Assembly (NCBI RefSeq): GCF_006345805.1
Contig: NC_043019.1
Coordinates: 21,389,360 to 21,453,359 of the forward strand
Length of the DNA: 64,000 nt
Origin: Octopus sinensis
Taxonomy: Eukaryota
Reading direction: 5' to 3'
This document shows, one piece after another, positions 40,408-53,064 of this stretch. The notes beneath the pieces were generated by a model that was not told the origin of the DNA, ran no database searches, and saw only the letters and a program-made list of their open reading frames with translations. The translations under genes were made by a program, and so were the position numbers. Position 1 is the stretch's first letter. Each line of letters begins with the position of its first letter.

Positions 40408-40604
40408 CTCTAAGAGCTCGTCTCCAACTCTTATGCGACCATCATTGAAAGCGGCACTTCCAGGCTGGACACCAGCAACATAGACACTCATTGTGCTTCG
40501 GTCCTTATTGCCAGCTAAGCTGATGCCTAACCCATTATTGCCTCGGTTCAAATCCACCAAAAAGATTTCTCCTGTTAAATCAATATATTTGTTCTGAAGC
40601 TTTT
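40408..40604 (-). CDS. MPDZ: MPDZ/PATJ-family multi-PDZ protein, coding exon A (first two thirds of a PDZ domain)
   Basis: ttttccag acceptor and GAG|gtaagt donor; 197 nt, phase 1 to 0. Translates (x)[65 protein letters not shown], closely matching my recollection of vertebrate MPDZ ..[57 protein letters not shown]. MPDZ versus PATJ orthology cannot be settled by eye. Confidence 0.93.
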
Positions 40605-41117
40605 CTGGAAAAGAAAAAGAAAAAAAGAAAATAAATAAATAAATAAAACACAAGTCTTTAAATAAATAAATAAATAAAAGCATAAGTCTTGAATTAATTA
40701 AATTAATCACTTGAACAAACAGTTTTTCAATTTCAGTGTTATCATTTTAATGAATCTAAACATGACAGATGCCATATAAATTGTTTCTGTTTATCTGCAA
40801 GAACCAATGCTGTCCATGTCTATACAACAATAGCAAAGTTTCTAAGAAGCAAACACAGGTGGGATCGTTATGTTCAACTATTGTACAGTGGTATGGAATG
40901 TAACACTTTGGGTCGTTGCTCTTTGTCTGAAGAGAGAGAAAATGGCATAACTGCTTGGATTGTGGGCAAGTAAATATGCTTAAGATGTTTTACTACATAT
41001 ATCTATTTATCTGTTCATCCTCCTCTCCTCTTCAACAACAACAACAATACAAGATTTAAAGTAGGAAAAAAAATGATACCAACAATAACTAGAAAGTGTA
41101 ACACAATGACTAGTATA

Positions 41118-41520
41118 CTTTTTACTCTTTTACTTGTTTCAGTCATTTGACTGTGGCCATGCTGGAGCACCGCCTTTTAGTCGAGCAAATCGACCCCAGG
41201 ACTTATTCTTTGTAAGCCTAGTACTAATTCTATCAGTCTCTTTTGCTGAACCGCTAAGTTAGGGGACGTAAACACACCAGCATCGGTTGTGAAGTGATGT
41301 TGGGGTGACAAACACAGACACACAAACATATACACACACATACATACATATGTACGACAGGCTTCTTTTAGTTTCCGTCTACCAAATCCACTCACAAAGC
41401 TTTGGTTGACCCGAGGCTATAGTAGAAGACACTTGCCCAAGGTGCCGCACAGTGGGACTGAACCCGGAACCATGTGGTTCGTAAGCAAGCTACTTACCAC
41501 ACAGCCACTCCTATGCCTAT
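41118..41520 (-). mobile_element. Family A SINE
   Basis: Full-length reverse-complement match. Confidence 0.85.
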
Positions 41521-41639
41521 ACTAGATATTATTATTCTGAACAAGAGGAAAGAAAGTGTGCATCATCACAGATATGGTCAAAAAAAGGATTGACGAGAGA
41601 AATACAAAGACTGGGGGGTTTCTACAAATGTAATCCAGT

Positions 41640-41800
41640 GGTCATGAGTTCTTAATGAGATTGTGTAACTATGAGAGTTGCATTAATTCAGAAATCTGCT
41701 CTATTGGGAACTGCAAGGATTGTAAGAAAGGTCCTCCATGTCTAAGGAAAATGGTTGTGACCCAGTATCAAGGACATTGATTCCCAATGTAAAACATTCA

Positions 41801-41835
<35 letters not shown>

Positions 41836-41860
41836 TATAATAATGATGATGATGATGATG
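41640..41860 (+). mobile_element. R4/Dong-like LINE 3' end running into (AAT)n
   Basis: MRVALIQKSALLGTARIVRKVLHV* (41671-41745) matches the QKxALLGTAxIxRxxL C-terminus I recall for R4/Dong elements; short UTR, then (AAT)n. Confidence 0.72.
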
Positions 41861-42273
41861 ATAATAATTTCTTTTATTGGCTACTAGAGCCCAAGACATG
41901 GAGGACAATATCAACAGACGAGTTACAGCACACGAAAACAAAAGAAAGGTGGGGCTTACATTGATCAAAGGGAGATACTATCACAATAAGGGATATAACA
42001 GAGGATATATAATTGAAATTAGAGAAATAAATAATTAGGATCCCCAATGGTACGGTAGTCCACTTTGGGTAATTTGGGTTAAACCCTTCACCTTTCTATT
42101 ATAAGCACAAAGCTTGAATTTTTGGGGGTAGGGGGTTAGTCAATTACATCAACCCCTTTCTTGACTTACTTTATTGACCTTGAAAGCATGAAAGGCAAAT
42201 CCGACCTCACTGGAATTTGGACTCAGAACAATGATAGATGAAGATTCAACCAGCCAAACTGCCTTATAAATAA

Positions 42274-42670
42274 CTAGCAGTATCGCCCGGCGTTGCTCGG
42301 GTTTGTAAGGGAAATAACTATATAACCATTTTTAGAGAGTTATAGCCAAAAATAGCAAAAAAATGCATTAAAAATGGGGAAAAAATGATGGTAATTTTTT
42401 TTTTAATCGTTGACTCATCGTAGACATTTTTAGAGAGTTACTTCCCTTATATAATAGCGAAAAAAATGCATTAAAATGGAAAAAAATTATGGTAATTTTT
42501 TTTTTTAATCATAGACTCATCGTAGACGCGCGCTAATACCCAGAAGGGCTCGATATGAATCACGACTATAAGATACCCGAATTTGGTTACACTGCACCAC
42601 AAAATGTGGGAGTAGTTAGGAATCTAAATCGTAGGAGACAGACACACAACTTCACTTTTATATATAAAGA
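42274..42670 (-). mobile_element. Non-autonomous Helitron, second subfamily
   Basis: Same termini rules and the same 3'-terminal ~120 bp as 27182-27566; different 5' part; internal ~95-bp direct repeat. Confidence 0.82.
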
Positions 42671-44159
42671 TAACAATAGTTTCTAATTTAGACACAAGGC
42701 CACAATTTTGAAGGGAGAAGACTACTTGATTATACTGGTCCTCTCAGTTTCCATCACAAATCCACTCACAATGTTTTGGTCAGCCTGTGGTATAGTAGAA
42801 GACACTTTCCCAAGGTGCCATGTAGTGGGACGGAGCCCAAGTACATGTGGTTGAGAAGCAAACCTGTTAACCACATGGCCATACCCATGCCTTCCCTGCC
42901 AAAATCTATGAATGTGGGAAATGTGTATGTATGTATGTGCATGTGTGTAAATATTAGTGTATATGAATTTCAAGTGTTTGGAATATATATGCACATAAGT
43001 AGGAGTGTGTATATGTGCATACATGTTTATTTATGTACATTGATGTCAAGGCTTCTATATGCACGTGTGTGTGTGTGTGTGTGCATGTTTATGAAAGTAT
43101 GGCATCAATTACCTTTCTAGGCAGGTGTTTAATAGATGAGAGGCTATCACTAATTGGAGAGAAAGGGAAGAGAGAAAGAGAGAGAGAAAAAGACACTAAT
43201 GGAATGTGAAGAGAAGAGACAGGAAAGAGAGAGAGAGAAAGAAAGAGAAACAGTAATTGAATGCGGAGAGAGAAAGAAAGAAAGAGATTATATTTGACTA
43301 GTGGAAAAACACCATCTTTAGAAGAGTTACAAGGAAACAACACTAATTAAGACTTCAATAGAGACCACACTAATTAAAATTCTCAATTCAGAGACAGTTT
43401 CATTTCTGTTTTTGCTTGAATTTTTTACCTTACTTTTTACATCTCCATGATAACATGTGTGATGGTATTTTAATAACAGGGAATTGTTTTTTTTTTTCGT
43501 TTTTGTTTTTGACAGCTGGCTGCCCTTCCTTAGCGCTTGTTTGGTTGCTCTAGGTGGTTGTTCAATCCAATATTCATCAAGAGCCATTGCCAGCTCCATA
43601 GGCACTTCCTACATCTGTGGATATGGAAGCAAGTTTGTAGTGATCAGCAGAGCTTATATTGCCCAACACAAGGATCCCAGACTCTTGAGGACTGCTACCA
43701 AGTATTTCATGATGACACTTTGATAATGTCACAGAAATGTCTGTCTGTCTATCCATCTGTCCTCAATCCTTGTTGCCATATTCACAGTTCTGTTACTGAA
43801 GACCTTTTTCATTTCTTTTATTTTCTTTTTGTTTCAGCTATTAGATTGCGGCCTTGCTGGGGCACCACCTTGGAGAAGTTTTTAGTCATATAAATTGACT
43901 CCAGTCAATACCAAAAGACGATTTATTTCACACTGTTCCAGTCCACTCAGCTGGCAAAAATTAGAAGTGCCTGTAATTCTAAGGGCCAGCCTTGTCACAA
44001 TTTGTGTCATGCTGAATCTCGCTGAGAACTATGCTAAGGGTGTGCATGTCTGTGGAGTGCTCAGCCACTTGTTAACTTCATGAGCTTGATGTTGTGTGGA
44101 CTGGATCATTTAGAACACTGATTGTCATAACTGACAGTGCCAGTTTTGGTTAATGTGTA

Positions 44160-44337
44160 TGATTTGATTTGATTTTGATTTTTCCAGTTTCAGCTCATGA
44201 GCTGTGGCCATGCTGGGGCACCGCCATTTGGTTTGCTACATGATTTTACCTCACGAATGAGAGAGTTCGATGCAGCTGCCCTCATCTGCACCTCCTGCCG
44301 TGAAGTTGGTTCATCCGGGACACCTGACAGGAAGAGT
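44160..44337 (-). mobile_element. Related LINE 3' tip with (AAATC)n tail; probable partner of family A SINE
   Basis: LFLSGVPDEPTSRQEVQMRAAASNSLIREVKSCSKPNGGAPAWPQLMS* aligns with the end of the 34495-34975 frame; its last 45 nt match the family A tail. Confidence 0.78.
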
Positions 44338-44358
44338 GTGAATTTTTTGTTTGCTTAC

Positions 44359-44389
<31 letters not shown>

Positions 44390-45456
44390 CACACATACAT
44401 TTCTGTTTGTGTACAAATTAACGGAGAACACAGGAACCAAAGCAATCTGTCTTTCCATGGTGAACAGTAATTTTATCTGGTTACAACAGCACAAGGTTTT
44501 GCACAAAGTTCTCCAAGACAAGGCTAAAAGAACAAGGATGTGGTGTTTCACTTTCCATCATTTCATTGCACCAGAGCTGCTGCCGCTGTTGCTCTTGGTA
44601 CCACAACTACTACTACTACTACTACTACTAAAGTAGTTGCTGTTGCTGTCTGTGTATGAGGGATGCAGTGGGGGAGAAATGGGTGGTGACAAAGCTGCTG
44701 TAATTGCAACTAGTCGTTGGTTCATTTAGCTTTCTTCTTATTGATATTATTGACTTTGTCCCCCCTCTTAGAAACATCACCACCACAACCGTTGCCGCTA
44801 CTACCATTACCATCGCCGCTGCCATGTGCTTCCATTTCGCATCATCTCTATTTCCAATGATGTCTTTCCGAGTGAAACCCTTCTTCCTCCTCCCCAACCA
44901 CCAAAAAAAAAAAAAAAAAAAAACTGACAAGCAAATACAAAAAAAATAAAATAAAATAAAAGTATACAAGCTAACAAGCAAAAGAACTAACTCCAATTTC
45001 TGAAAACGAAAAAGAGTAACAAAACAAAAAGAAAAAAATCCGTTTCTTTGTGAAAATCTTTCTGGGTTCTTGGACATTTTTATAATAATTAAATTTTGTT
45101 TCTTTCACTCATGTTATTAAAAACTAATTAATTGATTAATTAATTAATTGGAAAAAAAAAACAAAAAATAAAGATATAAAAGAACTACCCCAGACTGAGG
45201 AAACTAGTGGTAATCTATGTCATCAAAAATTATTATTAAATGAGGAAGTTCATTAGTTTCAATAACTGTATGTAGCAAGGAAAAGGAAAGCTTGATGTTT
45301 TGGATCAAAGCTCTTTATCTGAAAAACAAATAGATACTGTTTCTGGTCTTCTCTCTAAAACATTAGTGGTGGTAGCAGCAGACAATCTTCCAATCAAGCT
45401 AAACAAACCAGGTTTCTATTGGTTTTGTTTTTCCATTGCTGGTACCCTGTGTTGAA

Positions 45457-45691
45457 AAGGCGGCGAGCTGGCAGAATCATTAGCACGCTGGGTGAAATGC
45501 TTAGCGGTATTTCGTCTGCTGCTACGTTCTGAGTTCAAATTTTGCCGTGGTCGACTTTGCCTTTCATCCTTTTGGGGTCGATTAAATAAGTACCAGTTAC
45601 GCACTGGGGTCAATATAATCAACTTAATCCGTTTGTCTGTCCTTGTTTGTCCTCTCTGTGTTTAGCCCCTTGTGGGTAGTAAAGAAATAGG
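45457..45691 (+). mobile_element. Family B SINE
   Basis: Head to tail match. Confidence 0.82.
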
Positions 45692-46267
45692 TATCCTGTT
45701 TTGACCAGAAGAGTCACCATTCCGGTTTCCTAGTGACAGGTGGTAGAATTTCAACTCAGAAGGTATGGTGCCAGACGCTTTAACAATTCCACTAATCCAC
45801 CACCCTGTATTGGTACTTTATTTATCAACCCAAAAAGATGAAAAGCAAAGCTGAGTTGAACTTGTGCATTCATGTAAATCTCCTCTCTCCACACCATTGA
45901 TGTTTATCGAAGGGAAGAAACTTCCAATTTGGGTTGGTATCAGGCACCAGTATCATTACAGACTTGTTGTCAGGACATAAGGGTCCAGATCAAATACTAC
46001 CAGGCATTCTATTCAACACTAACATCTCTACCAATTCATCACCCTCTCTTTAAATCAACAGATTAAAAAGAACTAATGATGGTGGCGCTCCAGCATGGCC
46101 CACAAACCACTAGTGGTAGTCAATAGAACAAATCTCTGTACATTAGAAAAGTACAATGATACAATCACTGCACACATATTGAAGTGACTCTGCAATTCTC
46201 TAGTCTTGGACAATAAACAACTTAAATCCTCAATGATAATATAAATTGATAATATAATATAAATTGT

Positions 46268-46650
46268 GGATGCGCAATGGCCCAGTGGTTAGGGCAGCGG
46301 ACTCGCGGTCATAGGATCGTGGTTTCGATTCCCAGACCGGGCGTTGTGAGTGTTTATTGAGCGAAAACACCTAAAGCTCCACGAGGCTCCGGCAGGGGAT
46401 GGTGGTGATCCCTGCTGTACTCTTTCACCACAACTTTCTCTCACTCTTACTTCCTGTTTCTGTTGTACCTGTATTTCAAAGGGGGCCGGCCTTGTCACTT
46501 TCTGTGTCATGCTGAATATCCCCGAGAACTACGTTAAGGGTACACGTGTCTGTGGAGTGCTCAGCCACTTACACGTTAATTTCACGAGCAGGCTGTTCCA
46601 TTGACTCGGATCAACCGGAACCCTCGTCGTCGTAACCGACGGAGTGCTTC
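46268..46650 (+). mobile_element. tRNA-derived SINE (family C, tail X)
   Basis: A-box-like tggcccagtgg and B-box-like ggtttcgattccc; tail X ends ggaaccctcgtcgtcgtaaccgacggagtgc. Confidence 0.8.
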
Positions 46651-47189
46651 CTCTTCCTCTTCCTCTAATATAAATTATGATCTGATGCAAAAACTGCATT
46701 TCAATGTCTAGATTTTCTCTCTCTCTTCAAGATCAGAAAATAAAGTATGCCAACACTTGGAAACTCTCGGAAAAGCCTCCACTGAGAACCCACAATGGAA
46801 TATATGTGTTTGTATTTGTGTGTGTGCTTTCCTCAGATTTCTACTCTTTGTGCTAAGTCTTGTGTGACATCTGCATGCCCATCAGGGATGAAGTGGAATG
46901 GGAATGGTCACAACGAAGGGCAAAATTATTACTGAATCAACAAATGAATTAGGTGTACCTGCATGTGAGTGTATGTGTGTGATTGAGTGCATATGGGTAT
47001 CTATGTATGGGTATCTTGAGTGCATATGGGTATCTATGGGTGTCAGTGTAAACAGTGCATTGAGTTGCCAAGGTACTGCATTTAAGGGTAAATCCCAGCA
47101 TTTATTTTGGTTCTGGTATTTACTAATCAATCCCTTTTTATAATTCATCATCATTATCATTATTTAATGTTGAAACCAGTATGTTTTAT

Positions 47190-47390
47190 CATTTACTTGT
47201 TTCAGTGTTTGGACTGCTGCCATGCTGGGGCACCACCTTGAAGGGTTTAGTTGAACAAATCACCTTCAGTACTTATTTTTAAGTCTAGTATTCGATTGGT
47301 TTCTTTTTGTTGAACCACTTAGTTATGGGGATGTTAACAAACCAACACCAGCTGTCAAACAGTAGTAGTGACAAAGACACACACACACAT

Positions 47391-47436
<46 letters not shown>

Positions 47437-47562
47437 GAGTTTCTTTCAGTTTCCCTCTGCTAAATCCACTCATAAGGCATTGGTTAGCCTGGCTTGTCCA
47501 AGGTGCCAAGCAGTAGGACTGAACACCAGAACCATATGATTGAAAAGCAAGCTCCTTGCCAC
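47190..47562 (-). mobile_element. Family A SINE, diverged
   Basis: Degenerate reverse-complement match. Confidence 0.7.
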
Positions 47563-47965
47563 AACAGAAACAAAAATCAAATAAAATAATAACAGAATAT
47601 ATAGATCCAATGGAATTCCGCAAAGTTTCTGCAAACTAAATTAATTTCTATCCCAAAGCTCTATTTGGCCAAGGAACTCTTCCCCGAAATATTTAATAAA
47701 CAGAAACATTCCTAACTCAACTCGAATATTTGAAGCAGGAATGGGAAAGACTTGTGCGGCAGGAATTCTGGAAAATTCTCTGCTTCTTGATTAATTAAGA
47801 CTCACTTGAAATCAGATTTTTCTGTATCTAATTATGAAAGGTATTCACAGTTTCAACAGTGCGAGTTCACAATGAACAACAAATTGATAATGAACAGCTG
47901 TTAGTGTCAGTATTACGTGTGTGTGTGTGTGTTTGTTTGTGTGTGTGTGTGAGTGAGTGTTTGTT

Positions 47966-47997
<32 letters not shown>

Positions 47998-48561
47998 AGT
48001 GTGTGTGTGTGAGTGTGTGTGTGTGTGTGTGAGTGAGTGTTTGTTTGTGTGTGTACATACATTTATGGATGAGGAATGCGGATATCTGTGCATGCGTGTG
48101 TGCATGTATTCAGACAAATGAGCATAAATGTGGATGTGAGTAAGCGCATGCAAATATATGCGATGTGTTTAAACGTGTGTTTGAGCAAGGTTTTATTTTT
48201 CTGTTTGTTTGCAGATTTGTTTGTGTGAACATATATTTATGAATGAGGAATGTAGTTATATATGCATATGTAGCGTTTGTATGCGTACAAATTGCGTTTG
48301 AATGTAGACTGTAGAATGTACGTGTGCACATGCAAATATGTAAGGAAAGAGAGAGAGAGATAGAGATAGATAGACAGAGAGAGAGAGATAAAGAGAGAGA
48401 TAGATAGATAGAGAGAGAGAGATAAAGAGAGAGAGAGATAGATAGATAGACAGAGAGAGAGAGATAAAGAGAGAGATAGACAGAGAGAGAGAGAGATAGA
48501 CAGAGAGAGAGAGAGATAGATAGACAGAGAGAGAGATAGAGAGGAGTGTGTGTGTGTGTGT

Positions 48562-48620
<59 letters not shown>

Positions 48621-48969
48621 GTGTGTGAACAAGTATATCTATATAGATAAAAGTATGTGTGCAGAAAGTGCGGACAGATACGTGACTATATGGAAACGAT
48701 TAGTCAAAATGTATATATATATATATTATATATATGTATGTATAGTGTTATGTTTGTATGTTTGCATGCAAATTGAATACTGAAGTGTGAATGTATGTTT
48801 GCACATGCAAATATCTTCTAATTCATTTATCTATGTGTGTGTGTGTGTGTGGTGTGTGTGTGTTTGCGTTAATGTGTTCAAAAAGTGTGTAAAGGTACGT
48901 GACTCTACAGAAATGATTACTGGAGATCAAGAACAAGGATGAGTGCACATGAATAAACAAATATTCATA

Positions 48970-49446
48970 TGTGTGTGTGTGTGTGTGTGTGTAAGCATGT
49001 GTGTGTGTGTGTAAGCATGTGTGTGTGTAAGCATGTGTGTGTGTAAGCATGTGTGTGTGTGTGTAAGCATGTGTGTGTGTGTGTAAGCATGTGTGTGTGT
49101 AAGCATGTGTGTGTGTAAGCATGTGTGTGTGTAAGCATGTGTGTGTGTAAGCATGTGTGTGTGTAAGCATGTGTGTGTGTAAGCATGTGTGTGTGTAAGC
49201 ATGTGTGTGTGTAAGCATGTGTGTGTGTGTGTAAGCATGTGTGTGTGTAAGCATGTGTGTGTGTAAGCATGTGTGTGTGTGTGTAAGCATGTGTGTGTGT
49301 GTGTAAGCATGTGTGTGTGTAAGCATGTGTGTGTGTGTGTAAGCATGTGTGTGTGTGTGTAAGCATGTGTGTGTGTGTAAGCATGTGTGTGTGTAAGCAT
49401 GTGTGTGTGGTGTAAGCATGTGTGTGTGTAAGCATGTGTGTGTGTG
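48970..49446. repeat. Minisatellite [GTAAGCAT(GT)n], about 26 units
   Basis: Invariant TAAGCAT core with variable (GT)n spacers. Confidence 0.92.
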
Positions 49447-49822
49447 CATCCACTCACTATCTGATGTGTGAATGCATGTGTGTGGATACATGTGTGTGTG
49501 CACATGTGTATGCATAGGTGATTAGGTACAGATGTATAGTGTGTGTATGTGTGTGGTCAGTGTATATATATATATCTCAGTAAGTGTATAAGATTTGCCA
49601 TGTTGGATGAATTATATCAGTTAGAGAGTGTATATGTATCTATATCTGCGTGTATATGCATTAATAAAAGTGTCTGTGTAGTATATTATAGACAAACATT
49701 TATGAATATAATTTTATATATTTACCTAGGTATACAAGTAAATCAACACACGTGTGTGTGTGTGTGTGTGTGATCTAGAACAATGTTTATATCTGGCCAA
49801 GGTTGTTACCCCTTTGTGTTTG

Positions 49823-49856
<34 letters not shown>

Positions 49857-49982
49857 TGCAAGCAACCTTATGTTTCGCAAAGCTAAAGGTTCAAAGTGTG
49901 AAGGTGTTCAATAAAGTACCCTACTTCAAAACAGAGGTTGGTATCAGGAAGGATACCCAGACACTGAATGCTATATCTAACT

Positions 49983-50290
49983 CAGTGGTTCTCAACTGGG
50001 GTTCATATGGCCCTTGGGGGTTCATATGGCCCTCGGGGGTTCATATGGCCTTGGGGGTTCATATGGCCCTTGGGGGTTCATATAGCCCTTTGGGGTTCAT
50101 ATGGCTCTTGGGGTTTCATATGGTTTTGGCAATAAACTGGTTACACTTCTACAATACATGAAATATTTTAATTGTTTTTATAGAATTTCTAATAATATTT
50201 CATTATAAATCATAATAAAGGATTGACTAGCTATGAGGGCCCACTCATGTAAAATAGGAATCAAAGAGGACCCTAGGCAAAATATAAATG
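49983..50290. mobile_element. Same hAT MITE family, right end lost, internal 19-20-bp unit amplified
   Basis: Left TIR cagtggttctcaac; internal sequence matches 56027-56255; about 7 copies of ggggttcatatggccctt. Confidence 0.75.
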
Positions 50291-50618
50291 ACATTGTATC
50301 CAGAAACAGAGAAAGAAAAGAAAAAAAAAAGAGGCCATCGGAAGATTCCAGTTGAAATTCTCTTTCTGACTTTTTGTAAAAGATTACAAGAAGTGTCTAA
50401 CATTGAAAATAGAAGGGGCTGAAAGATCAAGAGGAGTGAGGAAGATATAGAAAGGGCCAGGTGAAATTCAGAGATGACAATGGATTGAGATAAGTGGTGA
50501 GATGCTGTATGCAAGAAAACTCATAATTCATGCAACTCAGGCCAATATTGAAAAACACAAAAAAAAAAAAAAATAACAATGATGATGACATGTGCAGCCA
50601 CAAATAAATGCATATATA

Positions 50619-50980
50619 GGTGCAGGTATGACTGCATAATAAGAAGCTTGCTTCGCAATCTCATGGTTTCAGGTTCAGTCTCACTGCATGATACCTTGGG
50701 CAAGTTTCTTGGGCGAACCAAAGCCTTGTAAATGGATTTGGTAGATGGAAGTGGAAAGAAACCTGTTGTATATATGTGTGTGTTTTTGTGCCTGTTTGTC
50801 CCCCATCATTGCTTGATAACCAATGTTGGTGTGTTTACATTCCTCATAACTTAGTGGTTCAGCAAAAGGCCTTGACAGAATTAGTACTAGGCTTAAAAAA
50901 AAAAGTACTGAGGTTGAATCATTTGACTCAAATTCAAGGCAGTGCCCCAGCATGGCTGTAGTTTAATGACTAAAACAAAA
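50619..50980 (+). mobile_element. Family A SINE, diverged
   Basis: Head, CORE-like segment and tail recognisable. Confidence 0.72.
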
Positions 50981-51025
50981 TGTGTGTGTGTGTGAGAGAG
51001 AGAGGTAGAGAGAGAGAGGGAGAGA

Positions 51026-51062
<37 letters not shown>

Positions 51063-51556
51063 TGTGTGCGTAAATATATAGTGGTATCTTGGGAATGTCA
51101 TTTTTGCTCATAAAAATTTGTACACTAGTTCTATTTCACTTAGTTAACTAAAGGCTAATTAGTTAACTAAGGGCAGAATTATTAGTGCATTACACAAAAT
51201 GCTTAGTATTTCTTCTGGTTTTTTGCATTCTGAGTTCCACTGAGGCCAACTTTGTATTTCCTCCTTTGAAGGTCAATTAAACATATATATCTTCTATATC
51301 AGCTGAGCATTGGAGGTTGATGTACTCGACTAATCCCTTCCCCCAAAATTTCAAGCCTTGTGCCTGCAGTAGAAAGGATTACTAGTTAACTAATTAACCA
51401 ATTAACTAATCGATTGCTTGGTTAATCATTCCATCAATCAATCAATGAGTCACTCCTTTCGTTACCATTCGTTATCAACAAAGTGTCCTCATTGCTCCAA
51501 GTCTGTCATATTGTAAGAGCATGTGTGTGTGCATATGTGTGCATGTATATGTATGT

Positions 51557-51588
<32 letters not shown>

Positions 51589-51894
51589 ACACACACACAA
51601 AGCATACAAATATCCAGAGATTCATAAGTTTTATTGAAAGACAAAATCTATTTTGTATCGTTTTTGTTTTACTTTCATGTCTTACCCCACATCCGACTCC
51701 ATCCAACTACCAGTAAATACCAACCAAATAAAACAGTACATTTTGGTCTAGTGATGCAAATTCTCTCAAAGTTGCAAAAAGAAGAAAAATCAGCCAGTAG
51801 AAGGACAAATTTGACATGGAGAGAGAGAGAGAGAGAAGGAAGGAGAGAGAAATAAAAAGAGAGGGAAATAAATGTGAGAGAAAGAGACTGAGAG

Positions 51895-51994
51895 NNNNNN
51901 NNNNNNNNNNNNNNNNNNNNNNNNNNNNNNNNNNNNNNNNNNNNNNNNNNNNNNNNNNNNNNNNNNNNNNNNNNNNNNNNNNNNNNNNNNNNNN
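51895..51994. other. Assembly gap (100 N)
   Basis: Run of exactly 100 n; the round size suggests a scaffolding placeholder. Confidence 0.99.
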
Positions 51995-52309
51995 ACTACC
52001 ACTACCACGATCTTTGCTGAAAATAGCCCTTAACGAAATTATCCTGATTTATTTAACAATTGCTTCTGAAGGATTTCTTCAGCACACTTGGTCGACAGAG
52101 CTCAGAAAATAATAATAACAATGATGGTAATAATGATGATGATGATGACAATGATAATATGTGTTTCTAATGCAGGCAGAAAGCCTAAAATTTGCAAGAA
52201 GAGTGTAAATTACAACCAGTATATAACTGGTACTGGAAAATATCGAGTCCAAAATAATTATATTTATAAAAATTAAGTCCCTTCTTGTTTTTTATATATC
52301 GTTTCTTTT

Positions 52310-52712
52310 ATCTTTTATGTATTTCAGTCATTAGACTGTGGCCATGCTGGGGCACTGCCTTGAAGAATTTTTAATCTTATGTATCGACCCAGTACTTATT
52401 TTTTAAAGCCTGGTATTTATTCTATTAGTCTTTTTTGCCAAACCACTAGGTGATGGGGATGTAAACACACCAACACTGGTTGTTAAGCAGTGGTGGGGGA
52501 CAAACACAAAGACACATACACACACACAGATATATATATATACAAATATATGAGGGGCTTCTTTCAGTTTCCGTCTACCAAATCCACTCACAAGGTTTTG
52601 GTCATCCCAAGGCTATAGTAGAAGACACTTGCACAAAGCATCAAACAGTAGGACTGAACCTGGAACCATGTGGTTGGAAAGCAAGCTTTGTACCACACAG
52701 TCACTCCTGTGC
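52310..52712 (-). mobile_element. Family A SINE, diverged
   Basis: Reverse-complement match. Confidence 0.75.
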
Positions 52713-53008
52713 TGATCTGTCAATATTCATGTAAAATAAAATATATTTACTGTTAAGATAATTTCTTTTTTAAATGATTGCACAGATGTACACATTGCCT
52801 TGCTTGAAAACAGGTGAGCATTGGGTACAGGAGGGGAATCCAGTAGTAGAAAACTTGCCTCAAGGGATTCAGTTTGATCCATGACAGCAGAGAAAAGAGG
52901 ATGTCATGACTGATGACATCTATATATATATATATATATATATAGACAGAGTTTCAAAATTTTCAGTGAAAATACAGAAGTCAGTGAAAACAAATTGTAA
53001 TTATTAGC

Positions 53009-53048
<40 letters not shown>

Positions 53049-53064
53049 CTATACATAGGCATCT

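Noticed and set aside
43327-43893. Overlapping ORFs in unique sequence upstream of exon A
   Set aside because: No recognisable domain and no match to the expected upstream MPDZ segment.
46268-46345. Possible tRNA gene (also 2930-3006 and other SINE heads)
   Set aside because: A and B boxes are present but run into the SINE body; I see no complete acceptor stem or Pol III terminator.
51895-51994. ORFs spanning the N run
   Set aside because: Assembly gap artefact; order and distance across the gap are unverified.
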